From Alphaproteobacteria bacterium (GTDB lineage Bacteria > Pseudomonadota > Alphaproteobacteria > Rs-D84), in NCBI GenBank assembly GCA_015062445.1, contig SUUQ01000005.1, positions 1,668 to 65,667 on the forward strand: a stretch of DNA of 64,000 nt, written 5' to 3'. The notes below the pieces were generated by a model. The model was not told where the DNA came from, made no database searches, and saw only the letters and a list, made by a program, of their open reading frames with translations. Of this stretch, positions 9,242 to 17,998 are shown in pieces. The position numbers were made by a program, and so were the translations under genes. Numbering within the stretch: position 1 is the stretch's first letter; the number at the start of each line of letters is the position of its first letter.

Positions 9242-11281
9242 ATGAAATTCAAGAAAATCATACGTATACTGTTAAACATAATCTTTTGGGCCTTTGTTGC
9301 GGGTATTGCATCTTTGGCGGTGCTGGTTTTGATATATGGTAACGATTTGCCTGATTATAAAAAGTTGGCGACCTATGCACCACCGGTTGCGACCCGTCTG
9401 TATGCGTCTGATGGTTCACTGTTGATTGAATATGCCGAAGAACGCCGTGTCTTTATTGATTATGCAGACATGCCGCCCCAGTTGGTAAATGCGTTTATTG
9501 CCGCCGAAGACCAAAACTTCTGGACGCATCCCGGTATTGACGTCCAGGGTATAATTCGTGCAGTTGCCAATAATGGGCTGCGAATGATGGGGTATGATAC
9601 AACATTGTCTGGCGCATCGACCATAACGCAACAGGTTGCCAAGAATTTCTTTTTAACATCCGAACGCACTATTTCCAGAAAGATAAAAGAAGCGATATTG
9701 GCCCTGCGTCTGGAACGTGCATTTTCCAAGCAGCATATTTTAACCCTGTATATGAATCAGATATTCTTGGGGGCCCGTGCATATGGTGTTGGGTCTGCTG
9801 CCTTGATGTATTTTAACAAGCCCGTATCAGAATTAACATTGGCAGAATGTGCATTTTTGGCATCATTGCCCAAGGCACCAAACAATCGTGACCGTGCAGT
9901 TGAACGTCGCAACTATGTGCTTCGCCGCATGCAGGAAGAAGGTTTTATCACACCGGACCAGGCGGCCGCTGCATCTGCAGAAGAGTTAAATATCAACAGC
10001 GGTTTTACTGCCCAGATGCAACCTGAATTTCAATATTTTGCCGAAGATGTTCGTCGTCAGTTATTGGGGACACTTGGTCGTGAAACATTGTATAACCAGG
10101 GGCTGTACATCAAGACGACAATCGTACCTGAATTGCAGATTGCGGCCTCGAACGCATTGAACAAAGAACTGGATGCGTATAATGCGGGGCGCAACGAAAA
10201 ATTACAAGGGGCGATTATCGCAATGAATCCGCACACGGGGCGCATTGTTGCGATGACTGGTGGTCGTTCATTTCGTGACAGTTCGTTTAACCGTGCCACC
10301 CAGGCATACCGACAAATTGGTTCAACGATAAAGCCATTTGTGTATCTGGCGGCATTGGAACGTGGGTACAGTCCACAAACAATGATATTGGATGCGCCGA
10401 TTGTTGGCTGGCGTGAAAATGACACATTATGGAAACCTGAAAATTATGACAAGAAATTTTTGGGTGATGTCCCACTGCGTCTGTCGTTGGAAACATCTCG
10501 CAATGTTCCGACCGTGCGCTTGGTCGAGCAAATTGGAACAGAAAACGCAATCGAGGCCGCCCAACGTTTTGGTGTATATCCATCAGACATGTCGAACATG
10601 AATTTATCAATGGCATTGGGTTCTGGTGAAACGACACTGGAAAAATTGGTTTTGGGTTATTCTGCCTTTATAAACGGTGGTCGTGTGATTCAGCCAAAAT
10701 TGGTTGACTATATCGCAGACAGATATGGTCGTGTTATTGATGGCACACCAACACAGATTATAGAATGGTCGCCTGATTTACTGCCACCTGAAACGGTGAT
10801 AGAGTCTGAACCCTTGTCTGACCCGCAAAGTCTGTATCAAATGGTTTCCATTTTACAGGGGGCGGTTGAACGTGGCACTGGCAAACAGGCCCGTGTTCCT
10901 GGCCACACCATTGCGGGCAAGACGGGCACTACAAACGATGTCAAAGATGTATGGTTTGTTGGTTTTTCCAAGAATTTAATTGCGGGTGTTTATCTGGGGT
11001 ATGACACACCAAAGTCATTGGGCCGTGGTGCGGGGTCGCACATGGCGGCACGTGTTTTTGCAGATTTTATGCGTGTTGCGCTGGCAAATGAAAAGAATCA
11101 GCCGTTTTCTGTGCCAGATGGTATGACGTTTATGCGTGTAAATCGCCGCAGTGGCGCATCTGCATCCTCAGACCCATCTGGCACGATTATACAAGAGGCA
11201 TTCAAACCAGGTCAAATGCCGAATCCTGCGCCGTCCCAGGCATCCAGTGCCCAGGGGCCGGTTGTTGGTGGTGTTTTCTAG
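9242..11281 (+). CDS. mrcA: Penicillin-binding protein 1A (bifunctional transglycosylase/transpeptidase)
   Basis: N-terminal TM; GT51 motif 'EDQNFWTHPGID'; transpeptidase motifs 'STIKP', 'SRN' and 'KTGT'. Confidence 0.9.
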   Translation: MKFKKIIRILLNIIFWAFVAGIASLAVLVLIYGNDLPDYKKLATYAPPVATRLYASDGSLLIEYAEERRVFIDYADMPPQLVNAFIAAEDQNFWTHPGIDVQGIIRAVANNGLRMMGYDTTLSGASTITQQVAKNFFLTSERTISRKIKEAILALRLERAFSKQHILTLYMNQIFLGARAYGVGSAALMYFNKPVSELTLAECAFLASLPKAPNNRDRAVERRNYVLRRMQEEGFITPDQAAAASAEELNINSGFTAQMQPEFQYFAEDVRRQLLGTLGRETLYNQGLYIKTTIVPELQIAASNALNKELDAYNAGRNEKLQGAIIAMNPHTGRIVAMTGGRSFRDSSFNRATQAYRQIGSTIKPFVYLAALERGYSPQTMILDAPIVGWRENDTLWKPENYDKKFLGDVPLRLSLETSRNVPTVRLVEQIGTENAIEAAQRFGVYPSDMSNMNLSMALGSGETTLEKLVLGYSAFINGGRVIQPKLVDYIADRYGRVIDGTPTQIIEWSPDLLPPETVIESEPLSDPQSLYQMVSILQGAVERGTGKQARVPGHTIAGKTGTTNDVKDVWFVGFSKNLIAGVYLGYDTPKSLGRGAGSHMAARVFADFMRVALANEKNQPFSVPDGMTFMRVNRRSGASASSDPSGTIIQEAFKPGQMPNPAPSQASSAQGPVVGGVF

Positions 11282-11305
11282 GTATAAAAAAAAGGGGGCG
11301 AAAGC

Positions 11306-11596
11306 ATGAAAAAAACAATCTTGTTCATTATTTTGGCTGTTTGCCTGTGTGCGTGTGGCAATGATGATTCCAGAATTCATTGTGGCGATTATCATGTGTC
11401 TGACATGACGTTCGGTGCAGATGGTGCGGTGTTGCATGCGGTTGTAAACGATGTGCCGGTTAATTTTTATCTGGTTGTGTCTGCATCTGGTGCCAAATAT
11501 GACGGTGTCATAGATGCGCATCATGCTGTTTTGTGGTCTCATGGTGATACCTGGACAATGTTTATTGACGAAGGTGCCGCCATTGAATGTAAATAA
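11306..11596 (+). CDS. Small lipoprotein (96 aa)
   Basis: Lipobox 'LAVCLCAC' right after the signal peptide. RBS 'aaaagggggcgaaagc'. Confidence 0.55.
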   Translation: MKKTILFIILAVCLCACGNDDSRIHCGDYHVSDMTFGADGAVLHAVVNDVPVNFYLVVSASGAKYDGVIDAHHAVLWSHGDTWTMFIDEGAAIECK

Positions 11597-11665
11597 TTCC
11601 CACAATAACATTTGTATCTGAAATCTTTTGTGATAGAATGTCAGCATACAGGGAAAGGATTTTGT

Positions 11666-12754
11666 ATGCTGACAGATTATTTTTATCAAACAGGATTATC
11701 TTTTTTTGCCAGTGGCTGGACTCAGTTTGCTGGTGGTTTTTTTGTTGCGTTTATGATAATGCTGATGTTTGGTCGTTCGTTTATTCGTGCGATGCATACG
11801 TTGCAGAAAAAGGGGCAACCCATCAGTGAAAATGTGCCAGAATCGCACCGTAAAAAGGCGGGTACTCCGACCATGGGGGGGATTCTGCTGATTGTTGCCA
11901 TTTTGATTGGCAGTTTATTGTTTATGCCGCTGTCAAATCCGACGGGTTGGATTGCTTTGTCTGCCCTGGTGATGTTTGGTGCATTGGGTTTTATTGATGA
12001 TTATAAAAAGGTTACATCTCAATCTAAAAAGGCATCAAACGGTCTGTCACCAATGACCCGGTTGATTGTCGAAGGCATCTTTGTTGTTATTTTGGCATAT
12101 TTGATAAATCAGACGATGCCACCATACATATCTGAATATTCATTGGCGATTGGTTCCGGGATAATATTGCCATTGGGGATATGGTATTATGTTTTTGGTT
12201 ACTTTGTAATCTGTGGCAGTGCCAATGCCACCAACATTACCGATGGTTTGGATGGTATGCTGGCCAAGTTATTTTTACCTGTGCTGGTTGTATTGGTTGT
12301 TGCGTTATACGGTGCGACCCGTATCGGGTTTATGGATACAGTAATGTTCCTGCCGATGGCCAGTGGTCTGTATGCGGTATTGGGTGCGGCATTTGGTGCT
12401 GTATTGGGATTTTTGTGGTTTAATTCCAAACCTGCATCTATTTTTATGGGGGACGTTGGTTCATTGGCATTGGGGGGCTTTATGGGAACGGTTGCCATGT
12501 TGTTAAAGTCTGAATTGATTATGGGGATTGCAGCGGGCATGATGGTACTGATATTGTTGTCATCATTTATTCAAACCATGTATTTCAAGGCGACTCGCAA
12601 AATTAGTGGCACTGGTCGTCGTGTGTTTTTGCGTGCCCCCCTGCATCATCATTTCGAAGAATTGGGCTGGACAGAAACCAAGATTGTTGAACGTTTCTTT
12701 ATTGTGTCGGTTCTGTTTTCTGGATTGGCATTGGTATTGTTAAAATTTGCCTAA
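11666..12754 (+). CDS. mraY: Phospho-N-acetylmuramoyl-pentapeptide transferase
   Basis: 'KKAGTPTMGGILLI', 'NATNITDGLDG' and a polytopic membrane profile. Start set at MLTDYFY with RBS 'cagggaaagga'. Confidence 0.92.
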   Translation: MLTDYFYQTGLSFFASGWTQFAGGFFVAFMIMLMFGRSFIRAMHTLQKKGQPISENVPESHRKKAGTPTMGGILLIVAILIGSLLFMPLSNPTGWIALSALVMFGALGFIDDYKKVTSQSKKASNGLSPMTRLIVEGIFVVILAYLINQTMPPYISEYSLAIGSGIILPLGIWYYVFGYFVICGSANATNITDGLDGMLAKLFLPVLVVLVVALYGATRIGFMDTVMFLPMASGLYAVLGAAFGAVLGFLWFNSKPASIFMGDVGSLALGGFMGTVAMLLKSELIMGIAAGMMVLILLSSFIQTMYFKATRKISGTGRRVFLRAPLHHHFEELGWTETKIVERFFIVSVLFSGLALVLLKFA

Positions 12755-12772
12755 GGGGATGGGGGCAGACAT

Positions 12773-13921
12773 ATGTTCAAGATAAGACGCAGCGAAGACA
12801 GTAAGTTAACCAGTTGGTATTTTGAAACAGATCGACGTTTGCTGGGGTGTATACTGCTGTTGATGTTGTTGTCTGTGATATTTGTTGTGTCTGCAGGTTC
12901 TGTTGCAGCAGAGCGCATTGGTCAGTCGTGGCATTTCTTTTTAGTCAAGGCGATACCGTTTTATATCCTGGGGTTGTTTCTGTTATTTGGGACCAGTTTT
13001 TTAACCAAGAAACAGGTATTGATATTGTCTGGATTGAATCTGGCATTTGGCCTGGCATTATTACCGTTAACGGTTATTGCGCCGCACATAATAAATAATT
13101 CTGCCCGATTTGTGTCGTTTGGATTTTTTAACATTATGCCATCAGATATTATGAAACCCGGTTTTATAATAATGACGGCATACTTTTTGTCATTGATGAA
13201 GGAACGATATGGTTCTGAAATATTTTTCAACAAAGATGCTTGGCGGTTTGATACATGGCTCAGTTGGGTGTATTATCTGTTGTTGTTTGCGATTGTTTTG
13301 TTTGTGATATTTAATCATCCAGATTTTGGAACGTCTGTACTGTATTTGGCGGTATTTTCTGCGATGATTTTTATTGCAGGATTGCCGTTGGTTTTAATAC
13401 CTGTACTGGCGGGTGTTGGTGTGTTAATGTTGATTGTTGGATTTTTCACATTTGGTCACATACATCGCCGTATCATTGCATTTTTTACAGGCACCGGTGA
13501 CACGTACCAGGTTGATAATTCTGTTGATGCGATACGCAATGGTGGTCTGCTGGGGGCGGGCGATGATGCATTTGTAAAACAATATCTGCCAGACGTGCAT
13601 ACAGACTTTATATTTGCAGCGATTGCCGAAGACATTGGTGCGATAATGTCGTGTGGTTTGTTATTGGTATTATTTTATGTTTTTCGCCGATTAGTATTAA
13701 ATGCGACCCGTGCCCGTGATTTATTTGTATTGTATGCAGTTGGTGGAACGGCGGCATTGTTTGGTACCCAGATATGCTTTAACATGTTAACGACATTGAA
13801 CCTGTTTGCGCCCAAGGGCATGACATTGCCGTTTATATCATACGGGGGCAGTTCTTTGTTGGCATATTGCTTTTTATTTGGTCTGATATTGGCGATTATA
13901 CGTGAAGACAAATGGAAATAA
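12773..13921 (+). CDS. ftsW: Peptidoglycan glycosyltransferase FtsW (SEDS family)
   Basis: SEDS motifs 'TDFIFAAIAEDIGAI' and 'GMTLPFISYGGSS'. Lies between mraY and murG. Confidence 0.88.
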   Translation: MFKIRRSEDSKLTSWYFETDRRLLGCILLLMLLSVIFVVSAGSVAAERIGQSWHFFLVKAIPFYILGLFLLFGTSFLTKKQVLILSGLNLAFGLALLPLTVIAPHIINNSARFVSFGFFNIMPSDIMKPGFIIMTAYFLSLMKERYGSEIFFNKDAWRFDTWLSWVYYLLLFAIVLFVIFNHPDFGTSVLYLAVFSAMIFIAGLPLVLIPVLAGVGVLMLIVGFFTFGHIHRRIIAFFTGTGDTYQVDNSVDAIRNGGLLGAGDDAFVKQYLPDVHTDFIFAAIAEDIGAIMSCGLLLVLFYVFRRLVLNATRARDLFVLYAVGGTAALFGTQICFNMLTTLNLFAPKGMTLPFISYGGSSLLAYCFLFGLILAIIREDKWK

Positions 13922-13938
13922 GAACAAAAGGGGATGTT

Positions 13939-14982
13939 ATGAAGATTTGGATTGCAACAGGTGGCACAGGCGGGCATGTTTATCCGGCACTCAGCGTTGC
14001 CCAGTGTTTGGCATCACGTGGTCACAAGATAACAATTTCGTGTGATGGTCGTGTTCGTGAAATGGTTCGCCGTGGTATGCCGTCTGGCGCGCGTTTGGTG
14101 CATGTTTGGGCATCTGGTGTTGGTGCGAAAAGTCGTATAAAACAGATTTTTGCATTGTCCAAGATTGCGGTGTCTGCGGCGGCATTAACATTGCGTTTTA
14201 TGTTGTTTCGCCCAGATCGTGTTGTTGCGTTTGGTGGGTATGCATCTGTGCCTGCGGTGTTTGCAGCACATGTGTGGGGTGTGCCGACATTTTTGCATGA
14301 ACAGAATGCTGCGATTGGACGTGCAAATCGTTTTTCGATGCGTTGGGTCCGGACATTGATGACCAGTTTTCCGAACGTGTCAGGCATTCCAAATTCGGAC
14401 ACCCGTGTTGTTTACACAGGGCTGCCTGTACGTAATGACTTTTTATCACATGCAGGTTCTGCGATACCAAATTCTTCACGTCTGTTGGTGACAGGCGGGT
14501 CGCTGGGGGCCCAGATTTTAGATGATGTTGTGCCGGTTGCGATTGCATCGATGAAGAACAAAAAGATATTTGTCACACACCAAACCCGTCCCCAAAACGT
14601 TGAACGTCTGCAGCAATTTTATGCAGACAATGGTATTCGTGCAAACGTTTTGTCGTTTATCCATGACATGGCGGGTGCGATTGCGGGTGCAGACCTGGTA
14701 ATTGGTCGCAGTGGTGCCAGCACTGTTGTAGAATTGCAAACGATTGGTCGTCCTGCGATATTGGTTCCGTTGGGGATTAACCCGGACCAGGCCGCCAATG
14801 CTGCCAGTTTTGCAAAAAATGGTGGTGGTTTTGCGATTGAACAGTCTAAATTCACGCCGAAATGGTTGTCTGCCACGTTAACAGAATTGTTTGACAATCC
14901 GTCTCGCCTGGAAAAAATGGCGACCAAGGCATTGGTAAAAAATGATGCGGTTGATTTAATTTGCGACCAGGTAACTAAATAG
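13939..14982 (+). CDS. murG: UDP-GlcNAc:lipid I N-acetylglucosamine transferase
   Basis: 'IATGGTGGHVYPALSVA' and C-terminal 'GRSGASTVVEL' (GT28 family). Start at MKIW with RBS 'aaaagggga'. Confidence 0.92.
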   Translation: MKIWIATGGTGGHVYPALSVAQCLASRGHKITISCDGRVREMVRRGMPSGARLVHVWASGVGAKSRIKQIFALSKIAVSAAALTLRFMLFRPDRVVAFGGYASVPAVFAAHVWGVPTFLHEQNAAIGRANRFSMRWVRTLMTSFPNVSGIPNSDTRVVYTGLPVRNDFLSHAGSAIPNSSRLLVTGGSLGAQILDDVVPVAIASMKNKKIFVTHQTRPQNVERLQQFYADNGIRANVLSFIHDMAGAIAGADLVIGRSGASTVVELQTIGRPAILVPLGINPDQAANAASFAKNGGGFAIEQSKFTPKWLSATLTELFDNPSRLEKMATKALVKNDAVDLICDQVTK

Positions 14983-14988
14983 ATAATC

Positions 14989-15019
14989 ATGGGGACGAAT
15001 TGCGTCCCCTTTTTTTTAT
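14989..15019. terminator. Bidirectional rho-independent terminator (murG / convergent OMP gene)
   Basis: Hairpin 'ggggacgaattgcgtcccc' followed by a T9 run, with an A-run on the other side. Confidence 0.7.
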
Positions 15020-15567
15020 CAGAAACTGTAATTTATCCCCATCCCCAGGAAGTTAAATCCCCGGTTTAGTTCTGTAAAATCACCATTGGAAAAGTGCAGG
15101 GTAAAAATCTCGGCATGCAGTTTGTCTGTGAGATTTTTTCCAACAAAAACCTTTTCACCGAACACCAGTCTGCTTTCCACATATTTATCGCCACTGTCAC
15201 GCATATATGGTCCGATTCCTGCACCGACATACCAACCGCACCACGATGCCAGGACGACATCCCATGATACCCCCATTGCGCCAAATGATGTCCCATCTGC
15301 GCTGCGGTATGCGATGTTTTGCAGCAAACTGATATTAACACGTGCCGGCAACCGCAGTAATTTTATTGGTTGGCTGTACTGCAGCATGGCCAATGTCATT
15401 GGGTTGATATTCCAATCCCAGGGCAGTATCAGATGTCCCAAATCGCCCTGGCCAGTACCCTGGGCAATCCAGATGCCGAAACTGTTTTGTGTATTGTTTG
15501 CAAACATTGGGTTTGCATTTGCCCTGGTTGCCAGCATGCATGCGCATAAAATCAGAAATTTTTTCAT
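15019..15567 (-). CDS. Small outer-membrane beta-barrel protein, PagL-like (possible lipid A deacylase)
   Basis: Signal peptide, alternating amphipathic strands, and a C-terminal '...GINYSF' (terminal Phe). 'LHFSNG...E' near the C-terminus resembles the His-x-Ser-Asn(Gly) active site of PagL. Confidence 0.45.
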   Translation of the reverse strand: MKKFLILCACMLATRANANPMFANNTQNSFGIWIAQGTGQGDLGHLILPWDWNINPMTLAMLQYSQPIKLLRLPARVNISLLQNIAYRSADGTSFGAMGVSWDVVLASWCGWYVGAGIGPYMRDSGDKYVESRLVFGEKVFVGKNLTDKLHAEIFTLHFSNGDFTELNRGFNFLGMGINYSF

Positions 15568-15651
15568 AGGGAAATTATATTCACAAAAATGAACATTATC
15601 TATCAGACAGAATTCTTAATATTTGTTTGTCTTTTGGGCTTTAATTATTGT

Positions 15652-15679
15652 TTACAGAAATAAAAAAAATTGATATAAT
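15652..15679 (+). promoter_or_regulatory. Strong sigma70 promoter with extended -10 (TTTACA, 16-nt spacer, TGaTATAAT)
   Basis: TTTACA at 15652-15657 and TGATATAAT at 15671-15679. The 87-nt leader that follows contains a stem-loop 'ttccgatatttttcggaa'. Confidence 0.5.
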
Positions 15680-15765
15680 TAAACAAACAAGACATGCGGC
15701 ATGCATGTTGTAACGTCACAGAAAGGTTGGATTTCCGATATTTTTCGGAATACAGGGAGAGTTTA

Positions 15766-17910
15766 ATGAAAAGTCAAAAAATTGCAGATTCTGTCAAGAA
15801 TGCGGTCAGTACAGTATTTTTACTGGCTGGTGCTTTTTTTGTATGTTCAACATTGTTATCTATGCGTTCTGTTTTGGCGGATCCGATTGCGCCGGTTGAT
15901 GCAAATATGTTGTTGGGCCCCCAGTCTGGGCGGCGGGATGCAGCAACGGCACGTGCGCCTGGTCGGACCAGTCCACGAAATTCAGTATCACGTACGACTG
16001 TTGCCCGTACGGCTGTGCCTGGTGGTGTTACAAATGTGGCGCCTGCGGCGGGTCGTGGTAATACTGTGACGTCACGTGCGGTTACATCTCGTGCTGCGAC
16101 AAATCGTGCTGATGCGGCGGCGGGGCGTGTAAATTCAAATGGTTCACGTAATGTTGTTTCACGTAAAAGTGCGGTGACGACCCGTGCCAACGCGGTTGCG
16201 AACCGCGCTGTACGTGCCCGTACTGCAACAACAGACATGGCAAGTAATGCCCGTATTTCCCTGCAGGGCAGTGCGATACGCGGTTCCAAGACATCGACCG
16301 GTTCGTCATATTCCTATTTGACAGGCAAATTATACACTGGCAATTACTCAAATATCATCGATTCAACAACAGGTTTGATTTCAACAGACGCATTTAATAA
16401 TTGTATGGAAAGTTATTATACATGTATGGATGAAATTTGTACTGCGCGAAATGCGGCCCAACGTCGTTGTGCCTGTGCAGGTCGTGTTCGCGACTTTGCC
16501 GAGGCGGAAACAGCCCTGGAAACCGCCAACGAAGAATTGATTAAGGTTTCAGGTGAATTGGCCCTGTTAATTGCGAACAAGGGTAAAGATGTATCCGAAG
16601 CGTTCCAATTAACCGATGCGGAAAAGGTTATGAACTGTGTTTCCTGGCAAGATGTAACGAAAAAATACGGCATGGATTCCAGCGAGGCAATAGATTGGTG
16701 CTATAACCATGGAATTTATGGCAGTGGCGGCGGTCGTGTGTCGTCCTGTGCCCAGCCATCATATTGTTCTGAATCTGGCAATGATTTTGGCTTTAACGTT
16801 TCCAGTTTGGATGGCAGTGGTTCGGACATATTGGCATCCTTACAGGCCTGGGCTGATGCCAAAGAGCAAACATTAACGATTATCACCGATAACACAGACA
16901 CATTGTTGTCTGCGTTTGATAACCTGTCATCGGTTGTCAGTGGCATGGCCGGGATTGGTGGTGCATTATCTGTATCAGATACCTTGTCAGACTCGCTGGC
17001 AGAAACATGGGGGTATGAATTGTTTGAATATGCCCACAACAACGTTTGTGCCCGCGTGCTGGATTCGTGCTTTAACGGTATATTTGAGGCCTGCGGTACC
17101 CCGCCATCTGGCACCAAGTGCAGCAATGGTGCGTCCCAGTGTCCATATAATTACAACAGTCACATAACTGTAAACAACACTGGTACATACGAATTGAACT
17201 TTGTTAATGCGTCCAGTGGTTACAGTGCATCAAATTCTGCAACATGCTTTGGTTATACATCTGCATCTGGCGATCCGTATTCCAGTCTGCGTGGTCCTGT
17301 TGCAGATGCGCGCCGCAGCATTATGCAAAAATATGCACTGGACGCGAACGCCGACTGTGATGCGTATGGCGAACAGTTGCGTGCCACCGCGCAAAACATT
17401 GGTTATCAAAAGGTTGCCGCCCAACAGGCGCTGCAACAAAAGCGTCTGGAATTTGCCCGCGAAGAATCTGATTCTATATTATCCGCGGCGATTCAGGCCG
17501 GTACAAACTTTAACGAATGTATCAGTGAAATTTATGACTGTTATGAAACACAGTTGACATCAAATCCATCATGGCCGGATGCGCGTATCAGAACATATTG
17601 TTCCCAGATTGCGAACGTTCCGCATTGCTATGAAGAAATGATTTGTAATCCATCGACATCCCAGTTCAAAGCCGTTATTGACCAAGCGGATTCGACAAAC
17701 TGTGATAACACCCAGGATTACACAACAAACACATGTCGCAATATTGTTACATTGAACGAAATCCTGAACGGAACAGGTGCTGGCAATATTGGTTCTGACT
17801 TTGACCCATACACCAGCAAGGATTCTGCCACCATCCGCGAAGACTGTTTGATTGACAGCGGGGTTGACAGTATCCGAAAATGGTTTGAAGAAAATCGTCA
17901 GAAACAATAA
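15766..17910 (+). CDS. Large secreted protein: disordered Arg/Thr/Ser/Ala-rich N-terminal region plus a Cys-rich C-terminal domain (paralog 1)
   Basis: Start at MKSQKI with RBS 'acagggagag' and a signal peptide. Low-complexity segment 'SRAVTSRAATNRADAAAGRV...'. More than 30 Cys in the C-terminal 500 aa. 'C..Y..CMD..C...........RC.C' is shared with the next gene. Confidence 0.75.
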   Translation: MKSQKIADSVKNAVSTVFLLAGAFFVCSTLLSMRSVLADPIAPVDANMLLGPQSGRRDAATARAPGRTSPRNSVSRTTVARTAVPGGVTNVAPAAGRGNTVTSRAVTSRAATNRADAAAGRVNSNGSRNVVSRKSAVTTRANAVANRAVRARTATTDMASNARISLQGSAIRGSKTSTGSSYSYLTGKLYTGNYSNIIDSTTGLISTDAFNNCMESYYTCMDEICTARNAAQRRCACAGRVRDFAEAETALETANEELIKVSGELALLIANKGKDVSEAFQLTDAEKVMNCVSWQDVTKKYGMDSSEAIDWCYNHGIYGSGGGRVSSCAQPSYCSESGNDFGFNVSSLDGSGSDILASLQAWADAKEQTLTIITDNTDTLLSAFDNLSSVVSGMAGIGGALSVSDTLSDSLAETWGYELFEYAHNNVCARVLDSCFNGIFEACGTPPSGTKCSNGASQCPYNYNSHITVNNTGTYELNFVNASSGYSASNSATCFGYTSASGDPYSSLRGPVADARRSIMQKYALDANADCDAYGEQLRATAQNIGYQKVAAQQALQQKRLEFAREESDSILSAAIQAGTNFNECISEIYDCYETQLTSNPSWPDARIRTYCSQIANVPHCYEEMICNPSTSQFKAVIDQADSTNCDNTQDYTTNTCRNIVTLNEILNGTGAGNIGSDFDPYTSKDSATIREDCLIDSGVDSIRKWFEENRQKQ

Positions 17911-17920
17911 GAATAAAAAA

Positions 17921-17948
17921 CCATCCCCCGATTGGGGGATTTTTTTAT
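17921..17948 (+). terminator. Rho-independent terminator
   Basis: Hairpin 'atcccccgattgggggat' followed by a T7 run. Confidence 0.75.
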
Positions 17949-17998
17949 GAAAACATTTTTAATCATCAATAAAATATGATATAATTACCCAAACGGAA

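Noticed and set aside
11168-11689. 173-aa minus-strand ORF
   Set aside because: Antisense to the PBP1A 3' end, the lipoprotein gene and the mraY start. An artefact.
15930-16260. Possible CRISPR or nucleotide tandem-repeat array, suggested by the periodic 'cgtgc' in the Arg-rich region
   Set aside because: The periodicity reflects codon repetition (SRxxT) inside a coding low-complexity region. There are no regularly spaced identical repeats with unique spacers.
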